Shown: one piece after another, positions 1 to 10,320 of the stretch
Position numbering within the stretch: position 1 is the stretch's first letter
Layout of the letters: every line of letters starts with the position of its first letter
Origin: Trichoplax sp. H2
Taxonomy: Eukaryota
NCBI GenBank assembly: GCA_003344405.1
Contig: NOWV01000145.1
Location: forward strand, 1 to 64,000
Reading direction: 5' to 3'
DNA length: 64,000 nucleotides
The notes under the pieces: model-generated
The model's database searches: none
What the model was told of the DNA's origin: nothing
The model's input: only the letters and a program-made list of their open reading frames with translations
Made by a program: the position numbers and the translations under genes

Positions 1-15
1 GTATAAAAAGTCTAT

Positions 16-410
16 TACAGTGTACTGTACAGTTGACTGTACTGTACTGTACGTGTACCGAGAGAGAATTTTGAAAGGAGTACAGTACTGTACTGTACAT
101 ACTGTACAGTACATACATGTACTGTTACAGTACTGTACTGTACTGTTACAGTACTGTACTGTACTGTTAAAAAGCATACTGTACTGTACAGTGTACAGTA
201 GTGCTAGTACTGTAATGGCGATGGCTTTTATACTGTAGGATGGTCTGAGTACAGTAGTACTTGTGCCTGCACTCAACATGTACTGTACAGTGTACAGTAC
301 TGTAGGTGTATTGTCCTGCTAATCGGTGGTCCGTTACTCTACCGTGTACAGTGTACACTGTACAGTACAGTATCATGCCAGAGTACTGCACACTGTACAC
401 TCTGTGCAGT
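16..410. repeat. Low-complexity mosaic of TACAG/TACTG (GTACWGTAC) pentamer repeats
   Basis: Dense gtactgtac / gtacagtac / gtacac units; produces spurious C/T/V/Y/Q-rich ORFs on both strands. Confidence 0.9.
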
Positions 411-975
411 AGACCGTTTAAGAACGTTTATTACTACACACTCACGGGCCACCACGACAGTAGTAAGAGAATTTTCTCTCATTAATTAAAGGTATACAGT
501 ACAGTATGATAGGATGAACTTTTCTCTTATCATATGTTCAGTCAAGCTGAGTCAACTTTATACAGTACTGTGCTGTAATCTGGTAGCGCCTTCGTACAAC
601 ATTAATACGCTGAGGTAAAGGCGACATCAATCATTTATAAGGCAATAATGAATTAACTCTGTTGAACAACTTACCTGTTCAACTGGATGCGGATGGTACA
701 TCGACCGGACATAACAGTCACCATGATACAGTGGACAGTACTCTACCGGAGGTGAAAATCGATAGAATGGCTCACTTTTTCTTTACTTATATGGCTCTGA
801 CTGCAGATGAGATGAGTTTTGCTCACTAGTACTGCACGATGTACAGTACAGTCTCTACCTGATCAGTGAGGACTGTACTGTACTGTACTGTACACTGTAC
901 GCTGTGTACAGTAAAACCGATGATTGGCATTTCGTCAATTTTAAGTCATCGGAGCAATTTCTACCCCGGCTAAAA

Positions 976-1848
976 ATGGACGAAAGATCGGATGCTGGCC
1001 TTAACGAGCAAACAGCAACCGATAGTCATCAAAACGATGAAGATTCCAATTATAAACAAATCAAACGGAAACATGAAGACAATCAAAGTGGCGATCAATT
1101 CTCCAGTATCATTAATTTATTTGAATGTCCGGTCTGTTATGATTACGTTTTACCACCTATTAAGCAGTGCACTAGAGGCCATCTCATTTGTGAAAAATGC
1201 CGATTGAAAATTCTCAAATGTCCAGTGTGCAATGAAACATTCGAAACCGACGTTCGAAATTTACAAATGGAAAAATTGGCTAGAACCTTAGTTTTTCCAT
1301 GCAAATTTAGACAATCTGGTTGTCAACTTTGCTTTTCGCCTGATGAAAGAAAGATTCACGAAGATTCTTGCCCATTTCGTATTTATAGCTGCCCTTTCCC
1401 GATTACGTGTCGATGGCAAGGCTCGCTGGATTCTGTAGTCTCTCATATTGTCAATAGTCATAAAACAGTCCCTATGCAAGATGGTGAAGATGTTGTTTTT
1501 TCATTTGTTATCACTAGTGAGGTTACTGTGTGGGCTATGATACAAAAATGTCACGATCAACACTTTTTAGTGCTTGTCCGTAAAATAGAAATGTCCCATT
1601 ACATCTATCAACTTTATGCCCTCGTTCAAGTCATTGCGCCTAAATCGATTGCTCGCAATTTCGCCTATGTTTTAACGTTGAAGGACGAACAACGCCGCTT
1701 AGCTTTGGAATCCTCACCCATTAGTATTAATGATTGTATTGATGACGCTATTGCAGTACGCGATTGTCTTTCAGTAGACTTTGTAACTGCCAAGTCTTTC
1801 AGTCAAGATGGCAATATTCGCCTCTTGGTTGCTATCAAAGCCATCTAG
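976..1848 (+). CDS. SIAH: Seven-in-absentia (SIAH/Sina) family RING E3 ubiquitin ligase, single exon
   Basis: RING CPVCYDYVLPPIKQCTRGHLICEKC..CPVC, RNLQMEKLA, two Sina zinc fingers (CKFRQSGC..HEDSC; CPFPITC..HIVNSH) and a C-terminal substrate-binding domain. First in-frame ATG is 976 (the ORF track starts at GTG 904). Confidence 0.93.
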   Translation: MDERSDAGLNEQTATDSHQNDEDSNYKQIKRKHEDNQSGDQFSSIINLFECPVCYDYVLPPIKQCTRGHLICEKCRLKILKCPVCNETFETDVRNLQMEKLARTLVFPCKFRQSGCQLCFSPDERKIHEDSCPFRIYSCPFPITCRWQGSLDSVVSHIVNSHKTVPMQDGEDVVFSFVITSEVTVWAMIQKCHDQHFLVLVRKIEMSHYIYQLYALVQVIAPKSIARNFAYVLTLKDEQRRLALESSPISINDCIDDAIAVRDCLSVDFVTAKSFSQDGNIRLLVAIKAI

Positions 1849-2528
1849 GTCAAAAGACGTAAAAATCACTTTGAATTCACTCAATTTTGGGTTTTTTAAC
1901 TTGTCGTAACCATGACTTAGACGTGCATGCATTCATATATGATCCATATATAGAGAGATAGATATATACTGTATGTAGAAAATTGTAAATTTTTCAATTC
2001 AAATTCATATCGCAAGAGATAAAATTGTAATGACATCGAGCAACTGACTTATTGTAGTGTAGAACGTTGGTAATTTGGTTATATCAATTGGATTTTAAAT
2101 CTGCCATCTCAATAATTTGTACAGTCTTTAATGTTGTCGTTTCATATTTAAAGAGCAGTTATATTATACACCTGAACAGAGTCAGACATGCATTCTGTAG
2201 ATATATTTGCAACCTATTATAACAAACCTTAACAAGCTGTATTAGTAAACCTTTTTATCTAACGACAGCAATTCTGAAGATAGTCTAAATTCTCTTCCTC
2301 TGGACCTGTTCCGTTTAAAAAATTACGATATTTTTATAAAATACTATAAGCTATGGTGGACTTCTTTTATAAGCGTAAAGCGATATCCGCTTGTCAAAAC
2401 GTTTTTATTTATAATTATAATAGATGATGATGATGTGCAAAAAGCGAATCAGCGTTGAATAATTATATTATTATTAATAACATATAATTGTACTTTTGAT
2501 TACCTAAACATCAATAAATCATGTTGTA

Positions 2529-5500
2529 TTAATTGGAATTGGAGTTTAGATTTGTAGGACGTGGAGTCCACATGTTTTGTTGTTGATATAAATTATAACT
2601 ATCGGTATTTAACTGACTGTCCTTAGTAACATTATTATTATAATTAACCGAATTATTGCTACCATATTGGAAGCTATTACTGTAATCTACAGCATCGACA
2701 TGAGGTTTCTTATTCGAGTTATCATGAGGAACTTCTTGTACAGAATGTTGTCGCTGGGATGAAAATTGTACTAGATTGTAGGCTGTTTGCAGTCTCTGAC
2801 CACCATTTACATTACTATAGTTATCTTGCCTTGGTGGCATCATTGGGGCATTATAGTTATTATTCGCTGGGTAATAATAACTATTATGATCGCGGGAATA
2901 GTTTGTAAAAACGTTGCTGCTTCTATGATACACATTTTGATTATTGACATTCAAACTTGAGTTTTGAAGATTTGCTGTCTGCGGTGCAGTAAATGGTGCC
3001 GAATAATTTACATTTGGAGAGCTAGTTCTCGTCATGTCGATATTTGTACTTAAAGAGCTACTCGATTGGCCTGCCGTTCCGGTACTTTGCGCATTTGAGT
3101 ACATAACCTGTACGGGATTTGCATTAATACCATCGTCGTTACTATATAAACTATTCGAATAGGAACTATTCGTTCCACTTGAATTGTCATACGGCTTGAC
3201 ACTGGTGGGAGGAATATAAGGTATTGACGGTAACGATTTCTTAGCGGGTATTCCAATTAGATACTCTTTGTCGTCGTAACTTGTTTCTGCTAAAGTCTCT
3301 TTCCTTGTTTCTTCAGCTGGGATAGTTGAAGGAATGTTGGCTTTAGGTGCGGTATTACAACTTTCGCTTTCCAACGGATCATGTTTCGATTGTTTAATTT
3401 TTCGCTTCCTCTTATTACTGTGTCCCAACTCAGTCATTTCAACTTTACTTGTACAATCTACACTTTCGTCTTCATGATCAATCTCGGCACTATGGTTTTC
3501 TGCAATGGAGCTTTCATTTGCGGAGGAATCGCTATTGGAGTGCGAATCCGAGTTAGGATCACCACTAGAATCGTCATCCTCACTTGCAGCATCGTCCTTC
3601 TCGGTGTCTTTGCCTTCCTTTTTCTTCGGGATCCGAGTAGGTTCTTGCCAATCTTCGACTGAAATGTCTTCCATCGGGTTGGTACATTCTCTCATGAGTT
3701 TATTTTTGATACGGGCTTGCGTACGTTGCAGTTTATAATCCCAAGGAAGAACATCCGAGAGTAACTGTTTTAGGGTTTCCAAAAGGTATTTTACTGAGCT
3801 ATCCGGATTGGATTTACTACGTCGTTTAGCTATAGGGGCTAAACTTTCACATAGTTCCTTTAAAGAATCGCAGCTATCACAAAGGAGCTCGAAATCCGAG
3901 TCGGGATTCGTAATTGTTTGCGATTTAGGCACGATTTTAGGTGGATCACGTGTTGGTGGGGAACTGTTTGCCGATTTAAACTAGAAAAAATCGATGGTTA
4001 AATGTAATTAAAAAATAGACATTCAACTAGTGATTATAGAAAATAAAATTAATTTATAATGACATTTTATTATTTTCAAGTCATTTTTGTAAATTATTGC
4101 TAATTATTACGCAAGTACCTGCCGTAATCTTTCAGGTCTTTTGTGAGGAGTAGGTAAAACCGGAATTTCCTTTACAGTTCTAGCGGGTGCCTTACGTTTC
4201 TAGAAATAAATATTGAACCGATATGATCACACTTTTCTATTGAAATTACTAATTTCTCATTCAATTTTACTGTCGCGGTGTTCAAACTTGCAACATCGTT
4301 GAATTACATTATACTGTATAGGAGCGTGCGAAATGAAAATATTACTACAGTACCTTTCTTTTTAGTATATCAGCCGTTACAGGATCGTGCTTATAAACTC
4401 TCAGGTCAAGATATAGGAATCCTGGAAAATAAAAGTAGGTTGCACCTTTGTCATCTTGGCCTAGTACAATCTCACGCAAAGTTACAGGCCCATATTGTGT
4501 TAAGACATCTCGTAATTCCAGTTCCTATATTGTATCAGAGTGAAACGATATAAAGAGAATTAAAATGTTGAAATATGCCTATACTGTACTGTGTAATATC
4601 ATATAACCAAGAATATTATTTCATATTACAGCGATTGATTTAATAATCATTTTGTTAACTTGATAGAATTTAATTGTTACAAAATAGTGAACTTTGTTAG
4701 TACTTTTATATCAATATTGTAATTACATTCGATTAACAATATATATTAACTTACCGTAACATGGTCACAAAGCGCTTTCAGTAAATATACTCGTTTCCGA
4801 AGTGATAATTCATGAAAGGGCGTAGTAATAATTTCTTCCTTATCGCCTAGTTATATTTGAATCAATTAATTTCGATCGCTACTACAAAGTTTTACGTCAT
4901 TGTTTCCAGTACAATTATTCTTATAGATATAGTGTTGATTACAATATTAAACATATTTGTAATACCTTATATTAAAATAAATTATATTTTTAAATCATAT
5001 ACACTACCTAAAACTTCAAAGAGATCAGAGGCTAATCCGAACTTATCTAGAACCTATTTATGTTAAATAAATAATGGTTAATATTATCAAAAGTTTAAAG
5101 TGATTTACGGTAGTTTGTTTATCACTTTCTTTGATCACATCGTTACAACGTACTTTTACGTCGTTACTAAACTACTACACATAAGAGTAACATTATCATG
5201 GCAACAATAGCACGCATGACGATCCGATTTTGTTATTTATATTTAATGCAAATTATCTAGACTATTTATTATGCTTATCTTCATACCATTTCCTCGTTTA
5301 ATTCATCCTTTGTTTCATACCATAATTTTAATACATTTTTTAGCTTATGATCCCAAACATTGTACGGCATGGCTTTTTTATCATCTAGACTTTAGTAGTA
5401 CAGAAATAAGATTATACAATTTAATTCTCTAACGACAAAAATGTAACCACTAGTTCAATACAGATCTACATCGTTTTAACAGTTATTGTAACGTCGTGAT

Positions 5501-7847
5501 GGATTTAATAAATTTACTACGTTATATAGAAATGACAACTGAAATATGAAGCTATTTTACATTGGATACGCAAAAGATAGAATTTGACAATTTTGTGATA
5601 ATTGCAGTATGCTTACTATTGCCGGGGCTTGGGATCCAAGAGTAGAGATGAGAATATGCGAGCCATTAGATAGCTTCGGTGCGGCATAATTAATCCTAGT
5701 TCTAATTCTTCTAAGCATACATTTCGCAAATTCAACGAATCTTGGCAAAGGAAGAATAGTTGAGCTATGGCTGGTACCTAATTATACAAGTACATGAATC
5801 ATTGTTATTATTATTTAATAGGTGAAAGACAACAGCATTGTTCAAGTCATCATTGAACAGATTTTTTATAGTGATTGATGGATTACTAACAATCAAAAAG
5901 GATCGTATCTAGTGTCGATATTACCTGCCAGTAGGATCGGATTTCTTTCACAGAGTCTAATGGGGCGTACTCTTTTTGCCAATTATTAATTTCTTCCAGC
6001 ATAGCTAAACTGGCTTCTCTAGCTTCTTGTTGTTTTTGCTTTCGTTTAATTTTTTCTTCTTCTTCTTCTTCCAATTTTACTTTAGCAACAATGGATGTTG
6101 CAAAATCGAAAGTACCTGAGCTGCGATTGCATCTACGTCTTGATGCTAATCGAATCAATAGAGATAGGTTTATGACACTTTTTAATTACTTGATTAATCA
6201 ATCTATATCTATCTATCTCTCATACAATTTTTACAGTTTAATTAATACGCTCAATACAGTATTGTATGGCTTCTATGTCTTACAATGTATTATTTATGAT
6301 GATTAAAATACCAGGCATTGCAGCTACTTACAGGTTACATTGGCGTTATCTTCTCCATCGTTTGAATTACCTCTTAGTTTATCACGAAGCGATCTGCATC
6401 AATATTTCAACTTACTTAGTACAAATAGGCATTAGACATGGACTTTGCAATGAATACATTTGAAAAACTGATCACACGTAATAAAACACAAATGATTTAA
6501 GACAGGGATATCAACTACATTTAAGTCTAGAATGCACTAAGTTAAGTTAACTTTTGAGCTAACAAGTATGAAGATTTATTGGAATGGTAGCTATGTATCG
6601 CTGGTATGCAAACGACAGTAATATCCATAAGCTGCTCTCATTTTTAGCTTGGTTTAAATGTGGAACCTAGCAGTAGTTACAGGTAGGTGTCTATAACACA
6701 TGAATGCCATAAACATATCGCTATGTATAATCTTAGTGATTTCTACTGGAGTGGTAGAACGATTAGGATGTAACTTACTTTGGAAACAGATTAATTTTCT
6801 GCTCTATGGTCTTTTCCAATTTCTGGCCCAATTTCGATATCCAATGTTTGGAGCCATTATACCGATAGCAATTTTCAATCATTAGACGAATATCACTGAG
6901 GACTTCGTTGATGGTTGTGTAGGAAGAATCATAGAATTTCTTCTTGACTGCGAGAAATAATTGAAAGAATGTAAATTCATTTTTTTGGATTGAAAATACT
7001 TTTTCTTATTTTAACCATTATTTTATCGAATTAAGTTATACTAAACACTTGTATTGATTTCAATGAAGCCATTTTAAAAGGATTTATACGGAGAAAAAGA
7101 CACGACTAAAATGATAGATAAAGCGTAACGCCGGTAAGACATGCAAATCTTGTCAGTGTCTCTTCTTTCTCACTGACCGGCAAGCAAGATTGCAAAATAG
7201 CGTGTCGTAATAAAGAGAGAAAACTACTCACTTTGTACTTAAGCGATTAGTCAATAAAGTTGAAAATTGGCATAGAACATCATTATTCTAATGGACAAGT
7301 ATAGCAATGACACTATCTCTATATTCTCTTGATGTTCATCACGATGATGATTGGTGTATAGCAAGGTAGTTGAAATTGAAATGAATCAATGAATAACAAA
7401 GGAAAAAACGATATACAGTACTATGACTGTTATGAGTAAACAGTTGTCTTCGACTAATGGATGCTATCCAGTCATTTTTCTTCCTTGCTAACATAGATCA
7501 ATCAATTTGCAATCAGTTGACAAACAAAACAAGTTGATATGCATCCACTTACTCCATACTAAACACATTGGTTGTTTAATTCGATCATAGTAATCCCATA
7601 GTCCTAATTTCTCAGTATCAACAGGTTCACGAAAAGGCCATGTCATACTTGCAAATTGATTGGAAAGGAGATCATTGACTAGTTTCCATCCTTGGAATAA
7701 TTCAGCGCTTAATGTATTGACGATATCGTCATCACTAATGGATTGTGTTGTACTTTGCTCAATGGGTGTTTCTTCTATTTCGGTTGTTGATTGCTTGCTC
7801 TTTTCATTGGAAACCAACGGTTGAGAATTCTCCTGTCCACTGTCCAT
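2529..7847 (-). CDS. BRD10: Multi-exon bromodomain protein, KIAA2026/BRD10-like
   Basis: Spliced exons give WPFREPVD..DYYDRIKQPM (7551-7847), DIRLMIENCYRYNGSKHWISKLGQKLEKTIEQK (~6779-6948), VPAIAQLFFLCQ..LEELELGLIMP (~5617-5777), MPYNVWDHKLK (~5288-5388), PFHELSLRKRVYLLKALCD (~4756-4846), REIVLGQDDKGATYFYFPGF (~4354-4524) and a long last exon 2529-3980. The order and motifs match KIAA2026 as I recall it. Confidence 0.85.
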
Positions 7848-8891
7848 TTTAATTTCATGTCAAATCAGGATATCGGACATTGGTGGAGTAGCGGTGAGAA
7901 GTTTGCTCTGCGCAAACTCAGCAAAGCACGCTTCACTTTACTTGAGTCAAACGAGTTTGGGGGTGAACGTATTGTGCTGACTGACATGTGTAACTCGACG
8001 CCGGTCGATGGTGTGTTGCAGCCGAGGCGAGTGACAAGAGGCTCAGGCGCAGTATGGCGGACGATAGTGTCCCGCATACAGTATGTTGTTCGACTCTCAG
8101 CCAATCAATCCCAGCGTCCACTGGAGCACTCTATCATGGAGCACTCTATCATGGACTACTACCGGGAGTCCCATACTCATCGTTCTTAACCCCCCCCCCG
8201 GCCAATAGTACTACATGTAGACATGTAGTAGTATATATATTTTTAAAAGGTAATGGATATTTTTAAAAGAGGTTATAAAGTCTCTAGTCGTTCATAGTGG
8301 CTCTATCATCATGGAAGTACAGGTTACTGTTCGTTTCTACTTGTTTTACGTTATCAGTGGCTGCTTATACTGTACAGTACATTGAACAGCGTGTTTTGCG
8401 CATCAGTAAAATACTCGCGCCTATGTGGTGCAAGCACACTCTGGGAATGGGACGACCAACTTTACAGTATTATATTACTGGTCATTTTACTCTGCCGAAT
8501 GACTAGAATCGTACAGTATATTGTATCGCGGTCGACCAACTTGGCGGCTACTAGGATTACACTTAAAATGACCAGGCCAAAAAAAAGCGGCCTCTCATCA
8601 CAGTTACCGTTGTTGTGGACAGACGGACATTTTTCTAGCAAAGCAGACATTATGAAAATGCCGAAAATCATGATAGTGTTGTATTGTAGATCGCTTGTGT
8701 GAGTATTCTATGATCACGACTATGAATTCAAGAGCATTCATGACGTTATACAACTGTAATTAAACAGAACTGAGCAAAATAGAATAGGATTCAATGCAAT
8801 CTTGCTTAGTTTAGTAACAGAAGCTCACTAGAGAGTTTCACGTATACAGTATAAATCCACTTGGGATTTCGGATTTTCGGGTGAATGAAGT

Positions 8892-9135
8892 AGGAAGGAA
8901 GTTGGACGGATTGCTGGAACTTCATTTTCTGTAAAATGCGCATGTGTTAATCGTAACAACAGTCCATCCGTCCACTGCCTTAAGGTTCAAGCTCTTGCGT
9001 TTCAACTTTCAAGTTGCAAACTCTCGGAAGGAAGTTGGACAGATTACCGGAACCTCATTTTCGATAAAATGCGCATGTGTCAATTGTAATAACGGTCCAT
9101 CCGTCCACTGCCTTAAGGTTCAAGCTCTTGCGTTT
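8892..9135. repeat. Tandem duplication, 2 copies of ~134 bp
   Basis: ggaaggaagttggac..ccatccgtccactgccttaaggttcaagctcttgcgtttc starts at ~8892 and again at ~9026. Confidence 0.9.
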
Positions 9136-9776
9136 CCAGTTGCAGCTCTCCTCTTTCCGTCTTTACTGTACGTCGACAATTCCATCAGGATTAAAGGGAA
9201 TTCACGTTATGGCGTTAAAGGTTTGTTAATATTGCATGATCTGTATTCATTCAGCTTCTATTTTAGCTATAAGCTGATCTGTAAGAATAATGATTTCTCT
9301 CCTGAACGCCAATCCAACGATATTTGCATGTTGTTGAATAACAAAGTCAAGAGTAGATCTACCATGTTCCTCATACGAGTAACCACAATACTGTATGCGT
9401 ATATGGCAGGATTCCCTGCTAGCCAGTGCAATCTCTATTTGCATTAGTGGATTGGATCTTTTGATGCCATCGATGCTTTATTACTCTTTGACTTAATTGA
9501 CTACTTTCCAATACAGTATTGGCGTACAGCATACGTCTACAGTCTATGAGTAAAGTCGCGTAGTAAAGACGAAAAGAATGAAAGATGAACATCGTATGCA
9601 ATGCGGTAGAATATTACCACAAAACTGGAATCTCTAGCGGTCAAGAACGATATTATAGATATGATCTTCCCTTTATAGTGTAGTATCAGCTACAACTATT
9701 CAATCATCGACACTGTGGAGCTCTACAGTAGTTTAAGCTATTGAAATTGGATTTTAGAATTGACACTACAGTACTG

Positions 9777-10320
9777 TACTGATATCCATTGTTGAATAAT
9801 TCTCCAATTAAAATCCGTCATCGTTATCATTTAAAATTGGCTATACAAGGCAAATATTTTCAGTAAATTTCGAAATACTATATTTACCTTTTACATCAAT
9901 AATCTTCTACTGATATCCAATGTTGAATAATTTTCCAACCAAAATCCATCATTGTTATCATTTAAAATTAGTTATACTGTACTGTATAGGGCAAAATTTG
10001 CAGCAAATTTCTAAACACTCGTATACCTCTTACATAAACATTCTTCTACTGTATCGATATCTAGTATTAAGGTTAAATAATTTTCCAACCAAAGTCCATC
10101 ATTATTGTTATCACTTAAAATTGCTTACACCACGCAAAATCTTCGGCAAATTTGTATACACTTTGTTATCTCTTTCATAAATATTCTTCTACTGATATCC
10201 AATGTTAAATAATTTTCCAACCCAAAATTTATCATTGTTGTTATCATTCAAAATTGTCTATAGATATCCTGTACAGCCTTACGAGGCAAAATTTTCAGCA
10301 ACTGGGCTAAAACTTATCAG
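9777..10320. repeat. Degenerate tandem repeat, 4 units of ~130-140 bp; last unit runs into the first recognisable GULO exon
   Basis: Units tactgatatcca.tgttgaataatt.tccaa..gttatcatttaaaattg start at ~9777, 9908, 10048 and 10190. Confidence 0.85.

Noticed and set aside
20-400. Cys/Thr/Val/Tyr-rich ORFs 20-238 (+) and 167-400 (-)
   Set aside because: Simple translations of the TACWG repeat on both strands, with no domain.
904-975. GTG-initiated extension of SIAH
   Set aside because: Non-ATG start inside the repeat tract; ATG 976 gives a complete protein.
7791-8266. Several overlapping ORFs in the GC-rich segment
   Set aside because: No recognisable protein; best explained as the BRD10 5' UTR and promoter with few stop codons.
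8944-9447. 167-aa ORF
   Set aside because: GTG start, built partly on the 134-bp duplication, with no recognisable motif.
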